A stretch of DNA of 64,000 nucleotides, taken from assembly GCA_965221695.1 (NCBI GenBank), contig OZ244905.1, positions 3,328,001-3,392,000 on the forward strand, given 5' to 3'. The notes under the pieces were generated by a model that did no database searches, was not told the DNA's origin, and was given only the letters and a program-made list of their open reading frames with translations. The translations under genes and the position numbers were made by a program. Below, piece by piece: positions 1 through 10,618 of the stretch. Every line of letters starts with the position of its first letter. Position 1 is the first letter of the stretch. This DNA comes from Gammaproteobacteria bacterium. Lineage in GTDB: Bacteria > Pseudomonadota > Gammaproteobacteria > Eutrophobiales > Eutrophobiaceae.

Positions 1-17
1 CCGTACTCCGTATTTCG

Positions 18-46
18 GGAACCTCTGAAAATAAGTCAGAGCTTCC
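18..46. repeat. Minimal hairpin of the IS5-like miniature element family
   Basis: GGAACCTCTGA-AAATAAG-TCAGAGCTTCC followed by TTAG; same ends as the element at 8364-8514; abuts the lpd stop codon. Confidence 0.7.
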
Positions 47-1480
47 TTAGATATGCAATGGCCGCTTATCCACTGCGAGCGCCGCTTCATGCATCGCTTC
101 AGCGAGTGTCGGATGGGCGTGGATGGTACGGGCTATATCTTCGGCGCTACCGTCGAATTCCATGGCAAGCACGGCCTCGGCTATCAGCTCGGACGCGTTC
201 GGCGACAGGATATGAATGCCGAGTATGCGGTCGGTATCGGCGTCGCTGAGCATTTTTATCATGCCGTCGGTATCGCCTGAGGCTTGCGCGCGGCCGCTGG
301 CCGCGAGGGGAAAGACCCCCGCATTATATTTTATCCCGGCATTTTTCAACTCGTGTTCGGCGCTGCCGACCCAGGCGATTTCAGGCCAAGTGTAGATGAC
401 CCATGGTACCAGTTCCAGGTTAATTTCGCTTTTATGGCCGGCGAGACGTTCGGCTACCATGACCCCTTCTTCAGCCGCCTTATGCGCCAGCATTGGCCCG
501 CGCGTTACATCGCCGATTGCATAGACATTTGGCAAATTTGTGGCGCAATACTTGTCTACTTCAATGCATCCGTTGCTGGTCAGCGTCAGCCCCGCATCTT
601 CGGCGCCCAGCCCCGCCACGTTGGGGGAGCGTCCGGTGGCTACTATCAGCTTGTCGAAAGTCAACTTTTGCTTGTTTTCGCCTTGCTCGTATGTGACGCT
701 GACTGCGCGGTTGTTAACGCCCGTGCCGATCACACTGGAGCCAAGTTGTATATCAAGTCCCTGCTTGATAAGCAGCTTTTGCGCTGCCGCGGCAATATCC
801 CGGTCTGCCGGCGCAAGAAATTCATCCAAAGCCTCCAGTATGGTGACCTGGGAACCCAATCTGCTCCAGACGCTACCCAGCTCCAGGCCGATTACCCCGG
901 CGCCGATGATGCCGAGTTTCTTCGGCGCCTCCGTGAAGGAGAGCGCGCCGGTGGAATCGACAATTTTGGCGTTATCCAATGCGGCAACAGGCAGCTTGGT
1001 GGGGACGGAACCGGTGGCGATAACGATGTTTCCGGCGGAGACCTGGTAAGCCTTCGCCGTTTCCCCGTTTGCTGTCGGCGTTACTTCGACCTGGTTGTTG
1101 CCCAGGAGTTGCGCCTGCCCTTGCAGCCAGTCCACGCCGTTCTTCTTGAACAAGCCGGTTATCCCTCGGGTCAATTTCTGCACAACCTTGTCTTTCCGGC
1201 CCATCATTTTATGGATATCCATATTGATGCCGCTGACATTGATGCCGTGTTCTGCCGCTTCATGCTTGATGAAGGAATAATGATGGGATGAATCCAGCAG
1301 CGCCTTGGACGGGATACAACCTTTATTCAGACATACACCGCCCAGGGTAGGTTTGCCATTGCTGTTGAGTTCGCCGTCAATACAGGCTGTGGAAAATCCC
1401 AATTGCGCGCAGCGGATTGCGCAAATATAGCCGCCGGGACCGGCGCCGATAATTACTACGTCATAGTTTTTCATGGTCAA
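47..1480 (-). CDS. lpdA: Dihydrolipoamide dehydrogenase (E3)
   Basis: GAGPGG FAD motif, [13 protein letters not shown] redox disulfide, C-terminal HPTLAE; follows sucB. Confidence 0.97.
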   Translation of the reverse strand: MTMKNYDVVIIGAGPGGYICAIRCAQLGFSTACIDGELNSNGKPTLGGVCLNKGCIPSKALLDSSHHYSFIKHEAAEHGINVSGINMDIHKMMGRKDKVVQKLTRGITGLFKKNGVDWLQGQAQLLGNNQVEVTPTANGETAKAYQVSAGNIVIATGSVPTKLPVAALDNAKIVDSTGALSFTEAPKKLGIIGAGVIGLELGSVWSRLGSQVTILEALDEFLAPADRDIAAAAQKLLIKQGLDIQLGSSVIGTGVNNRAVSVTYEQGENKQKLTFDKLIVATGRSPNVAGLGAEDAGLTLTSNGCIEVDKYCATNLPNVYAIGDVTRGPMLAHKAAEEGVMVAERLAGHKSEINLELVPWVIYTWPEIAWVGSAEHELKNAGIKYNAGVFPLAASGRAQASGDTDGMIKMLSDADTDRILGIHILSPNASELIAEAVLAMEFDGSAEDIARTIHAHPTLAEAMHEAALAVDKRPLHI

Positions 1481-2883
1481 ATTTGTAGGAGCAGTCGTGA
1501 CGGGTCCTCCAGCGCTTCCTTGATCGCCACCAGGAACGATACAGCTTCCCGGCCATCAATAATGCGATGGTCATAAGACAATGCCAGGTACATCATGGGT
1601 CGAATCACTACAGCGCCATCTTCCGCTATCGGACGTTCTTCAATTTTGTGCATGCCCAGGATAGCGCTTTGCGGCGGATTGATGATTGGAGTGGATAACA
1701 GGGAACCGAATACGCCGCCGTTGGTGATGGTGAATGTTCCGCCGATCAACTCTTCCAGAGTGAGTTTCGCGTCCCGGGCTTTCTGGCCGTATGTGTTGAT
1801 GGTCTTTTCAATTTCGGCGAAGCTAAGCGTATCCGCCGCGCGCAGCACGGGCACGACCAGTCCGCGTGGCGCGCTAACAGCGATGCCTATGTCAAAATGA
1901 TCGTGATAGACGATATCGTCGCCGTCTACCGACGCGTTAATGATCGGGAATTTTTTCAGAGCTTCGACCGCGGCTTTGGTGAAAAAAGACATGAAACCCA
2001 GTTTGATCTTATGCGTTTTCTCAAAACTGTCCTTGTAACGATTGCGCAGATCCATGACCGGCTTCATGTCGACCTCATTGAACGTAGTCAGGATTGCGTT
2101 TTCCCGTTGCGCCGCCAGCAGGCGCTCTGCCGCGCGCCGGCGCAGACGGGTCATGGGCACGCGTTTTTCAGCGCCGCCGGCATTTGGCTTGTCGTCTGAT
2201 GTCGGCGTATCGTTGCCGGGTTTTTGCGCGCGCTCACGCGCTTCTTGCGCGCTTTCGGCGCGCTGTTTATCCTGATTCAATTTTTCCAGGTAATCCAGCA
2301 CATCTTTTTTGGTCAGCCTGTCTCCGCTTGCCGGTATGTCGTCGGCATCCAGCCCATGTTCGCCCAGCAGGTTTCTGACAGCAGGGCTTAACCTGGGTTT
2401 CTTTTTTTGAGGCGTTTGCTGTTGCTGTTCATCTGCGGGTTCTGTTGCGGTCAGTGTTGTTTCTCGCGGGTTTTGGGCCGCGTCTTCTACAGTTTGCGCC
2501 GCTGCCGCTACGCTTTGAGCGTCGTCTTCTGCGAGTTGCGCTGTTGTTGATGACTCTTGAACTTCGTCTTCAGTCGCGCTCGCGCTGTCAGGTGTAGTTG
2601 CAGTGGACTGCTTATCAGGCGTTGGCGTTGAAGCGGCGGCCTGAGCGTCGGTATCGATGTGCGCGATCAACTCGTTGCTAGCCACATCTGCGCCACTGTG
2701 TTTCAGGATTTTTACCAGCGTCCCGTCTTCCGGAGCCACCACCTCCAGGGTAACTTTATCCGTTTCCACATCAATCAGGGCGTCGCCAAATTTTACCGGG
2801 TCGCCCTGCTGTTTACGCCAGTCCATCAGCGTGGCTTCCGCGACGGATTCAGCCAGTATCGGCGCCCTGACTTCAACCAGCAC
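1477..2883 (-). CDS. sucB: 2-oxoglutarate dehydrogenase E2 (dihydrolipoamide succinyltransferase)
   Basis: Lipoyl motif ETDKV, E3-binding SPAVR, catalytic DHRIIDG; long acidic linker. Confidence 0.96.
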   Translation of the reverse strand: MLVEVRAPILAESVAEATLMDWRKQQGDPVKFGDALIDVETDKVTLEVVAPEDGTLVKILKHSGADVASNELIAHIDTDAQAAASTPTPDKQSTATTPDSASATEDEVQESSTTAQLAEDDAQSVAAAAQTVEDAAQNPRETTLTATEPADEQQQQTPQKKKPRLSPAVRNLLGEHGLDADDIPASGDRLTKKDVLDYLEKLNQDKQRAESAQEARERAQKPGNDTPTSDDKPNAGGAEKRVPMTRLRRRAAERLLAAQRENAILTTFNEVDMKPVMDLRNRYKDSFEKTHKIKLGFMSFFTKAAVEALKKFPIINASVDGDDIVYHDHFDIGIAVSAPRGLVVPVLRAADTLSFAEIEKTINTYGQKARDAKLTLEELIGGTFTITNGGVFGSLLSTPIINPPQSAILGMHKIEERPIAEDGAVVIRPMMYLALSYDHRIIDGREAVSFLVAIKEALEDPSRLLLQI

Positions 2884-2926
2884 AGTTTTCTCCGTTCACG
2901 ACATTGAATAAAACAGACATCATGAT

Positions 2927-5794
2927 TTATCTGATACCGCTTGTCTTTTGTTTATGGGTGGTCACTTCCAGTTTTTCCGGTTGTAAAGCGTCATCAATCA
3001 GCTTCTTCTGCTGCGCAAGGTGCAGGCTGAGAGAACCTACTGCAGGGGAGGCCGAATAAATACGTCCCGCATAACCGAATACATGTTGGGCGCTCAGGCA
3101 GCCTATCATGGTTCCCCGAGATTGCATGTAGTACCAGCCGCCCTGGTTTTTGGGTTCTTCCTGTACCCACACGACTTCATTGGCGTTCGGGTAGGAGTCA
3201 ATCAGGCGCTTCATTTCCTTTTGTGGAAACGGGAACAACTGCTCCAGACGAATAATGGCGACGTTATCGATCTCATTCACGCGCCTGGCCTCCAACAAAT
3301 CATAATATACCTTGCCACTGCAAATTAACAGGCGCGTGACTGCGTCCTTCTCTATATTATCGTCTATTTCATCGATTACAAGCTGGAAGCCGCCACGGGT
3401 AACTTTATCCAGGGTCGATGTGGAGAGCTTATGCCTGAGCAGGCTTTTCGGGCTCATCACGATCAGCGGCTTGCGATAAGGTCTGATGACCTGGCGCCGC
3501 AACAGGTGGAACATCTGCGCCGGGGTACTGGGTTGGCACACCTGCATATTTTCCCTGGCGCAAAGCTGTAAAAAACGCTCCAGCCGGGCAGATGAATGTT
3601 CCGGTCCCTGACCGTCGTAGCCGTGGGGCAGAAATACCGTGAGTCCGCAGAACCGTCCCCATTTCACTTCGCATGAACTGATGAACTGGTCAAAGACGAC
3701 TTGTGCGCCGTTCGCGAAATCACCAAACTGGGCCTCCCAGATCACCAGTGCGTTGGGCTCGGAACTGCTGTAACCGTAATCAAAAGCCAGCACAGCTTCT
3801 TCCGACAGGGTCGAGTTGATGGCCAGGAATGAAGGTTGTGTCTCGCTAAGATGCTGCAACGGCAGATAGGTGTCGCCGTCATCCTGGTTGTGGACCACGG
3901 CATGACGGTGGAAAAATGTTCCGCGCCCACTATCCTGGCCTGAAATACGCACCGGGAAACCGGCGTCGAGCAAGGTGGCGTAGGCCAGGGTTTCGGCATA
4001 GCCCCAGTCCATTTCCAACTCGCCGGCGCCCATCCTCTTGCGGTTTTCGATGATCTTCGCCACCGTCGGGTGCAGGCTGAAATGCGCCGGCACAGTAGTG
4101 AAGCGTTCCGTCAGGCGGGATACCAGCAGGGGACTGACTGCCGTTTCAACACGCATGTCCCAAAGGGTGTTTCTGAATGGCTCATAGTTGATCAGAAACC
4201 TGGAATCGGCATTGCTGGATCGGGCGCCGGCAACGCTTCGGTTGGATTCCAGCGCTTCGATGTAAGCGTCATGAATTTTACTGATCTCATCATGGGTCAG
4301 GAATTCTTCTTTCACAAGCCGGTCAGAGTGTACTTCCCTGATATTCTTGTGTTGCCTGATCTTCTGATACATGATCGGCTGGGTGGCAGCCGGCTCGTCC
4401 GCTTCGCTATGGCCGTGCCGGCGGTAGCAGACCATATCGATGACCACATCTTTCTTGAATTCCATACGAAAATCCAGCGCCAATTTCGCCACATACACGA
4501 CCGCGTCGGGATCGTCGCCATTGACGTGGAAGATCGGCGCCTGCACCATCTTGGCAACGTCCGTGCAATACAGAGTCGAGCGCGAATCCAATGGATCGCT
4601 GGTGGTAAAGCCAATCTGGTTATTGACTATGATATGAACAGTGCCGCCGGTGCTGTAACCACGGGTCTGGGACAGGTTGAAGGTTTCCATCACCACGCCC
4701 TGCCCGGCAAACGCGGCATCGCCATGGATGATTATCGGCAATACCTGGTTGCGGGATTTGTCATTGCGCCGGTCCTGGCGCGCGCGCACGGAGCCTTCCA
4801 CCACGGGATCGATAATTTCCAGGTGAGAGGGATTGAACGCCAGGGTTAAATGTATCGCGCCGCCGGGGGTCAGAATATCCGAAGAATAGCCCAGGTGGTA
4901 TTTGACATCGCCCGAACTGGTGGATTCGAAATCGAGCTCCTGCTGGCTGATGCCTTCGAATTCATCGAACAGTTCGCCGGGCAGCTTGCCGATGATGTTG
5001 ATCAGCACATTCAGCCGGCCGCGGTGGGCCATGCCGATGACAGCCTCGCGCACGCCGGCTTCGCCTCCTGACTGAACGAGTTCATCCAATAGCGGGATCA
5101 GGGCTTCGCCGCCTTCCAGCGAGAAACGTTTTTGCCCGACGTATTTCCGGTGCAGGTATTCTTCCAGCGCATTGGCGGCAATCACCCGTTCCAGTATGCG
5201 TGTCCTTTTTTCCCGCGAGAACCGGTGGTGGCCTTCGGATTCCTCCAGCCGGCGCTGGATCCAGCGTTTTTGCTCTGTTTCGTTGATGTGCATGTACTCG
5301 GCGCCTATCGTCCGGCAATACGTGCTTTTGACGATGTAGAAGATTTCAGCCAGAGTCAGCTCATCGGGCGCAAACAGTGAACCGGTATTGAAAACCCGGG
5401 TCAGGTCTTCCTCCGCGAAATGGTAATACGCGGGGTCCAGTTCCGGCACTTCCGGGCGCGCATATTGTTTCAGCGGATCCAGGTCCGCTTGCTGATGCCC
5501 GCGGAAACGGTGGGCATTGATCAACTGTAGTACCGAGGACTGCTTTTTGTTATCCGTATTGATGTTGGTTGCAGATTTTGGAGATGGTTTTTTGCCGCTA
5601 TCAACCGCGCGCGCCGGATTCTCAACTGGTACGCTGCCGCCACTATCGGACTGTGCGCTCTCTTGTTGCTGAGCAGCAAAATAATCGCGCCATGCAACGG
5701 ACACGCTGGCAGGATCTGCAAGATACCGCTCATAAAGTTCCTCGATAAACGCGGTATTGCCGCTGTAAAAATGCGTTGTATCAATATTACTCAT
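2927..5794 (-). CDS. sucA: 2-oxoglutarate dehydrogenase E1
   Basis: GMAHRGRLN, HGDAAFAGQG ThDP motif, WEAQFGDF, GPEHSSAR. Confidence 0.97.
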   Translation of the reverse strand: MSNIDTTHFYSGNTAFIEELYERYLADPASVSVAWRDYFAAQQQESAQSDSGGSVPVENPARAVDSGKKPSPKSATNINTDNKKQSSVLQLINAHRFRGHQQADLDPLKQYARPEVPELDPAYYHFAEEDLTRVFNTGSLFAPDELTLAEIFYIVKSTYCRTIGAEYMHINETEQKRWIQRRLEESEGHHRFSREKRTRILERVIAANALEEYLHRKYVGQKRFSLEGGEALIPLLDELVQSGGEAGVREAVIGMAHRGRLNVLINIIGKLPGELFDEFEGISQQELDFESTSSGDVKYHLGYSSDILTPGGAIHLTLAFNPSHLEIIDPVVEGSVRARQDRRNDKSRNQVLPIIIHGDAAFAGQGVVMETFNLSQTRGYSTGGTVHIIVNNQIGFTTSDPLDSRSTLYCTDVAKMVQAPIFHVNGDDPDAVVYVAKLALDFRMEFKKDVVIDMVCYRRHGHSEADEPAATQPIMYQKIRQHKNIREVHSDRLVKEEFLTHDEISKIHDAYIEALESNRSVAGARSSNADSRFLINYEPFRNTLWDMRVETAVSPLLVSRLTERFTTVPAHFSLHPTVAKIIENRKRMGAGELEMDWGYAETLAYATLLDAGFPVRISGQDSGRGTFFHRHAVVHNQDDGDTYLPLQHLSETQPSFLAINSTLSEEAVLAFDYGYSSSEPNALVIWEAQFGDFANGAQVVFDQFISSCEVKWGRFCGLTVFLPHGYDGQGPEHSSARLERFLQLCARENMQVCQPSTPAQMFHLLRRQVIRPYRKPLIVMSPKSLLRHKLSTSTLDKVTRGGFQLVIDEIDDNIEKDAVTRLLICSGKVYYDLLEARRVNEIDNVAIIRLEQLFPFPQKEMKRLIDSYPNANEVVWVQEEPKNQGGWYYMQSRGTMIGCLSAQHVFGYAGRIYSASPAVGSLSLHLAQQKKLIDDALQPEKLEVTTHKQKTSGIR

Positions 5795-5967
5795 GGTTGC
5801 CCGAAAGTAGCGGATGATATACGTAGATCACCGTAACATGCCTAAGAAGGCTATTATAAGATATTTGCAGGCATTTGCTTGAATACTTGCGCATGGCCTG
5901 CCTTGCAGTCGCAGGCATTTCATAGTTGGCACACCGCGGCGCGGCAGGCATCTCACGCCTGGGACAG

Positions 5968-6010
5968 CCTGGGAGCGCGGGTGTTTCTTCCGCGTGCGGG
6001 CTAAGCCCGC
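5968..6010. repeat. Degenerate REP-like GC-rich hairpins downstream of mdh
   Basis: CCTGGGAGCGCGGG...CCGCG and GCGGGCTAAGCCCGC hairpin; related to 8625-8702 and 36649-36673. Confidence 0.45.
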
Positions 6011-6019
6011 CATAACCGC

Positions 6020-7000
6020 TTAACCCAACAGGTGTCTGATCGCGTCTCTCTCACGCTCCAGTTCAGCCCGGGTTTCGTCCATCTTCATTCTGCTGAACTC
6101 GTTGATATCCAGCCCCCGGACTATCTCGTAACCACCGCCTGCACAGGAAACAGGAAAGGAATAGACGATGCCTTCCGGAATACCGTAACAACCGTCAGCC
6201 GCTACGGCCATACTGGTCCAGTCGTTATCGGGGGAGCCGAGCGCCCAGTCCCGGGCATGATCCAGGATTGCATTGGCCGCTGACGCGGCGCTGGATGCGC
6301 CCCTGGCCTTGATAATCTCGGCCCCGCGCTGCGCCACGCCGGGAATGAATTCATTTTCGTACCAGTTTTGCTCGACCCGATCCAGGGCCGCGTCGCCGTT
6401 TATCAGGGCATGATGCAGATCCGGGTATTGTGTGGTTGAGTGGTTGCCCCAGACCGTCAGTTTGCGGATCGCGCCAACTTGGCATTGAACCCGGGCCGCG
6501 AGCATTGCCAAAGCCCTGTTGTGATCCAGGCGCATCATTGCCATGAATTGGCGCGGCGCCAGGTCGGGCGCGTTTTTCATTGCGATCAAGGCGTTGGTAT
6601 TGGCCGGGTTGCCGATGGCGAGAACCTTGACGCCGCGCTGCGCATGCTCGTTCAGCGCTCTGCCCTGGGCGCTAAAGATTTCGGCGTTGCTCAACAGCAG
6701 ATCAGCGCGCTCCATGCCGGGGCCGCGCGGCCGCGCGCCGACCAGGAAGGCAAAATCCACATCCCTGAACGCGACATTGGCGTCAGCGCTGGCGGTCACC
6801 CCGGCCAGTGTCGTGAACGCGCAGTCGTTCAGCTCCATCATCACGCCTTCCAGCGCCGGCAGCGCCGATGGAATTTCGAGCAGTTGCAATATCACAGGCT
6901 GGTCCTTGCCCAACAACTCGCCGGCGGCAATTCGGAATAACAAGGCATAGCCGATCTGGCCGGCTGCGCCGGTCACGGCAACACGCACAGGAGATTTCAT
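6020..7000 (-). CDS. mdh: Malate dehydrogenase (MDH type 2)
   Basis: [24 protein letters not shown] motifs. Confidence 0.96.
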   Translation of the reverse strand: MKSPVRVAVTGAAGQIGYALLFRIAAGELLGKDQPVILQLLEIPSALPALEGVMMELNDCAFTTLAGVTASADANVAFRDVDFAFLVGARPRGPGMERADLLLSNAEIFSAQGRALNEHAQRGVKVLAIGNPANTNALIAMKNAPDLAPRQFMAMMRLDHNRALAMLAARVQCQVGAIRKLTVWGNHSTTQYPDLHHALINGDAALDRVEQNWYENEFIPGVAQRGAEIIKARGASSAASAANAILDHARDWALGSPDNDWTSMAVAADGCYGIPEGIVYSFPVSCAGGGYEIVRGLDINEFSRMKMDETRAELERERDAIRHLLG

Positions 7001-7006
7001 GCCGGG

Positions 7007-8299
7007 TTAACCTCTCTCATCAATGGAAATATAATCACGAGTTTGCTGGCCGATATACAACTGTCTTGGACGGCTGATGCGAAAATCCTCGTCCTCCATT
7101 AACTCCATCCACTGGGCCACCCAGCCGGCGCTACGCGCCAGGGCAAACATAACGGTAAACATGGAAGTAGGGATACGCAGCGCCTGATAGATAAGCCCTG
7201 AGTAAAAGTCAACATTGGGATACAGCTTGCGTTCGATGAAATATTCATCCTCCAGCGCAATCCGTTCCAGTTTCATTGCGATTTCAAACAATTGCTGGTT
7301 GAGCTTTTCCTCCTCCAGCAAATCGTGGCAGGCTTTGCGGATGATTTTGGCCCTGGGATCATAATTCTTGTAGACGCGGTGCCCGAAACCCATCAGGCGG
7401 AACGAGTCATTCTTGTCTTTTGCTCGAGCCACGTATTTAGGCACGTTGGAGGGGCTGCCGATCTCCTCCAGCATTCTCACCACAGCTTCATTGGCGCCGC
7501 CGTGGGCCTTGCCCCATAAGGTGGTAATGCCCGCGGCAACACAGGCAAAAGGATTGGCTTCCGAACTGCCGGCAAGACGCACGGTCGAAGTGCTGGCATT
7601 CTGTTCATGGTCTGCATGCAGTATGAACAACAGGTCCAGCGCGCGCACGGCAGCGGCTGATGGCGTGTATTCCTCCGTCGGCCATGAGAATGTCATGTAC
7701 ATAAAATTTTCAACGTAACTGCGTGAATTATCGGGATAGACAAACGGTAGCCCCGATGCGTATCGATAGCACTTCGAGGCTACGTTAGGCATCTTGGCGA
7801 TAACGCGCCTGGCGGTTGTCAGGCGGTTCTCAGGGTCCCGGATGTCAGTCCGGTCATGATAATAGGACGCGATGGCGTTGGTCACGCCGGCCATGATAGA
7901 CATCGGATGCGCGTCATAACGGTAAGCAGAGTAAAACCTGGAAATGTGTTCATGGGTCATCATGTGCATTTTGATGGCATGTTCCCATTCATCCATCTGT
8001 TTCCGGGTTGGCAATTCACCGTGGACCAGCAGGTAGACAACTTCCAGGAAGGAACTTTTTTCCGCCAGTTGTTCTATCGGGTAGCCGCGATGCAACAGGA
8101 TGCCTTTCTCTCCATCCAGGTAAGTGACCGAGCTGCGGCAACTGGCCGTAGTAAGATAGCCCGGGTCGAAGGTGAACATGCCTAATTCCTTGTAGATGGA
8201 TGTGGTATCGATAACCGGAGGGCCGCAAGCGCCTTCCAATACCGGACATTCGATCTGCTTGCCGGTCCTGTTATCGATAATCGTCACCGTACTTGTCAT
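7007..8299 (-). CDS. gltA: Citrate synthase (type II)
   Basis: HADHEQNAST, HGGANE, GFGHRVYKNYDPRA, YPNVDFYSG. Confidence 0.97.
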   Translation of the reverse strand: MTSTVTIIDNRTGKQIECPVLEGACGPPVIDTTSIYKELGMFTFDPGYLTTASCRSSVTYLDGEKGILLHRGYPIEQLAEKSSFLEVVYLLVHGELPTRKQMDEWEHAIKMHMMTHEHISRFYSAYRYDAHPMSIMAGVTNAIASYYHDRTDIRDPENRLTTARRVIAKMPNVASKCYRYASGLPFVYPDNSRSYVENFMYMTFSWPTEEYTPSAAAVRALDLLFILHADHEQNASTSTVRLAGSSEANPFACVAAGITTLWGKAHGGANEAVVRMLEEIGSPSNVPKYVARAKDKNDSFRLMGFGHRVYKNYDPRAKIIRKACHDLLEEEKLNQQLFEIAMKLERIALEDEYFIERKLYPNVDFYSGLIYQALRIPTSMFTVMFALARSAGWVAQWMELMEDEDFRISRPRQLYIGQQTRDYISIDERG

Positions 8300-8363
8300 G
8301 AAACCTTCTCCTCATTTCAGGGGATAATCTTATTATTATTGTTCGAGCCTATAGCCGGCTAAG

Positions 8364-8514
8364 GGAAACTCTGATTAAGTCAGAGTTTCCTGCGATACAA
8401 GGATGTATCGCCAAATTCAATGATGATAAGTCATTGAATTTGAGAGCAAAACAAAAATCGCATTTTTGTTTTGCGTGCTCTGACAAGTTCAGGATGGACT
8501 TGTTCAGAGCTTCC
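8364..8514. mobile_element. 151-bp non-autonomous IS5-like miniature element made of five tandem palindromes
   Basis: Ends GGAAACTCTGA / TCAGAGCTTCC, flanked by direct TAAG; palindromes at 8364-8390, 8392-8411, 8412-8442, 8446-8474, 8477-8510. Confidence 0.75.
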
Positions 8515-8624
8515 TAAGATACACGGATGTGCCGCTCTGAACAAGTCCGGCCCCCGCACGCGGGCTGTCTACAGGCTGTCCGGCAGTCTGTGGGAGGACG
8601 CGCCAGTCCGCTATAGCAAGCCTA

Positions 8625-8702
8625 CCGGGAGCAGGGCGGTCTCGCCGGTGTCAGGCTGGCGGGTTGGAGTCCACATGCGAGCGAGACTCCAGCGCTCCCG
8701 GG
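8625..8702. repeat. Degenerate inverted REP-like doublet
   Basis: CCGGGAGC... at the left and ...GCGAGCGAGACTCCAGCGCTCCCGG at the right. Confidence 0.45.
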
Positions 8703-8818
8703 GGAAACGTTATAACAAAAGTATGTGTTTGCCATGCTGGCGCAGTGGGCATAAAATTCGCGCCGCTTGCCGTTCGCAGTCATCTATGCTAGAAATAACC
8801 TTTTCTCCGGTATAATTT

Positions 8819-9319
8819 ATGAGAACGGATCGATCAGGTTCGACAATAGACGCAGATGGTTTTCGCGCTAACGTGGCGATCGTTTTGTTTAACGATGAGC
8901 AGCGCGTTTTCTGGGCAAAACGGGTTGGAATGGATGCTTGGCAGTTTCCCCAAGGCGGCATAAAACAGGATGAAACGGTTGAGGCAGCCATGTACAGGGA
9001 ACTGTACGAGGAAGTCGGGTTGTTGCCGGAACATGTGGAAGTAGTAGGTGTCAGTCGCAACTGGTTGCGTTACAAGCTGCCCAAGAGATACATCAGGCGT
9101 CACTCGACGCCGCGCTGCATCGGCCAGAAACAACGCTGGTACCTGCTCAAACTCACCGGTGACGAAAGCAATGTCAATCTGGCCTTAAGCCGGCATCCGG
9201 AATTTGACCACTGGCGTTGGGTGGACTTTTACGAGCCTGCCAAAAACGTCGTGTTCTTCAAACGGGAGGTCTACCGGCGCGCGCTGGCTGAACTGAAGCC
9301 GCTGATGAAGCTTTTCTGA
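8819..9319 (+). CDS. rppH: RNA pyrophosphohydrolase
   Basis: [17 protein letters not shown] and Nudix box [21 protein letters not shown]. Confidence 0.95.
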   Translation: MRTDRSGSTIDADGFRANVAIVLFNDEQRVFWAKRVGMDAWQFPQGGIKQDETVEAAMYRELYEEVGLLPEHVEVVGVSRNWLRYKLPKRYIRRHSTPRCIGQKQRWYLLKLTGDESNVNLALSRHPEFDHWRWVDFYEPAKNVVFFKREVYRRALAELKPLMKLF

Positions 9320-9321
9320 AC

Positions 9322-9446
9322 AAACTCTGACTCTGTCCCTGGCTGCCAACTTCAGACTATTTCTTCGACTGGCGAACAGATGGTCGCCCGCCATCAGAGT
9401 TTTTGAGCGCTCTCACAAGCCTTTGATGGTCAGTTCAGAGCTTCTC
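9322..9446. repeat. Degenerate copy of the IS5-like miniature element
   Basis: AAACTCTGA...TCAGAGTTT...GCTCTCACAAG..GATGG..GTTCAGAGCTTC matches the ends of 8364-8514. Confidence 0.55.
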
Positions 9447-9471
9447 TAATCAAATGACGGAGATTACCGGG

Positions 9472-9852
9472 TCACGGAGCCTGATTTGACTTCTCCATCA
9501 TCAGCAGTGGCAGCAGACGCCGGATAGCCCGGTTCTTCATCCTGGTAATCGCTCCCATATAGAAACCCGGGTTGACCTCGTTCTCGTTCAACCTGGCTTG
9601 CAAATCGGTCAGGAGCGGCTCGCAGGCTTGAACGGCATTGCCTGCCACCACGCGCACATCCGGACTGGATGTCACATTCTCTCTTGCATCCTGTTGCAAG
9701 CAGGCCGTGTAGTTCAGGTTGGTCTCCGCCATCAATTTCATTTCTGCGCTGCTAAATGAATTTCTGAGCGGGGCTTCTGCAGACGCGCCGACGCCGAACA
9801 TGCACAGAACCATCGTCAGGCAGAGCAAAGAGTAGAGAACCCTCAGTCTCAA
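9472..9852 (-). CDS. Hypothetical exported protein with a Cys pair (start uncertain)
   Basis: Signal-peptide-like LYSLLCLTMVLCMFGVGASA-EA, then YTAC...QAC; the 5' extension of the track ORF overlaps dps and is unlikely. Confidence 0.6.
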   Translation of the reverse strand: MRLRVLYSLLCLTMVLCMFGVGASAEAPLRNSFSSAEMKLMAETNLNYTACLQQDARENVTSSPDVRVVAGNAVQACEPLLTDLQARLNENEVNPGFYMGAITRMKNRAIRRLLPLLMMEKSNQAP

Positions 9853-9952
9853 AGTGGCGTCGCCTATCCCAGGAGAGTCATGCGGGAGGGCAGGCTTACA
9901 ATTCGTCTGCGCCAGCCCGTATTTGTCAATAGTCAGGGCTGATAGCGCCGGC

Positions 9953-10429
9953 TTATCCATGATTTTCCAACAGGCTGCGCAGCATCCAGGCATTTTTCTC
10001 ATGGATCTGCATACGTTGCGTCAGCAGGTCTGCGGAAGGCTCATCATTGGCGCTCTCCACGACGGGAAAAATGCTCCTGGCGGTTTTCACGACAGCTTCC
10101 TGGCCCTGTACCAGTTGCTTGATCATCTCCTCGGCGCCGGGCACGCCGGTTTCTTCCGGGATGGAAGACAACTCACTGAATTGCCGGTATGAACCGGGCG
10201 CGGCTATGCCCAGCGCCCTGATGCGCTCTGCGATCTCATCCACCGCCGTTGCCAACTCCGTATAGTGCTGTTCAAACAGGGTATGCAAGGTGGTGAACAT
10301 CGGCCCGGTCACGTTCCAATGGAAATTATGTGTCTTGAGATACAGCGTGTAGCTGTCGGCAAGCAGCCTGGACAAGCCTTCAGCTATCTGTTGTCGTTGC
10401 TGTTCTGAAATACCAATATCGATTTGCAT
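9953..10429 (-). CDS. dps: DNA starvation/stationary-phase protection protein Dps
   Basis: KTHNFHWNVTGP, DEIAER ferroxidase motifs; CAGGAGG RBS before ATG 10429. Confidence 0.95.
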   Translation of the reverse strand: MQIDIGISEQQRQQIAEGLSRLLADSYTLYLKTHNFHWNVTGPMFTTLHTLFEQHYTELATAVDEIAERIRALGIAAPGSYRQFSELSSIPEETGVPGAEEMIKQLVQGQEAVVKTARSIFPVVESANDEPSADLLTQRMQIHEKNAWMLRSLLENHG

Positions 10430-10516
10430 GTTAGCCTCCTGTCGGTTCAATTATTCATGTAAAACAGCTTAACGCAATATCCATCATTAATATATTTTAA
10501 TTATTTAATTGTAATG

Positions 10517-10570
10517 ATAGTTAAATTATATGAAACTAATTCTATGTGATCGGTTTTTCCGATAAACTAT
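10517..10570. promoter_or_regulatory. Possible OxyR/LysR-type site in the AT-rich dps-mpl divergent region
   Basis: ATAG-N7-ATAT (10517-10531) and ATCG-N7-CGAT (10549-10563); dps is a classical OxyR target; phasing between the half-sites is not canonical. Confidence 0.4.
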
Positions 10571-10618
10571 TTTCATGTGTAGGCACGCCGGGAATACTAC
10601 CACAGCCGCTAAAGTGCT

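Noticed and set aside
2380-2650. Unusually long acidic linker in SucB
   Set aside because: E2 linkers are naturally variable low-complexity segments, and no domain is recognisable.
284-5380. Long antisense ORFs over lpd/sucA (also over pyrG, aapQ and others)
   Set aside because: Shadow ORFs typical of GC-rich coding DNA, opposite well-supported genes.
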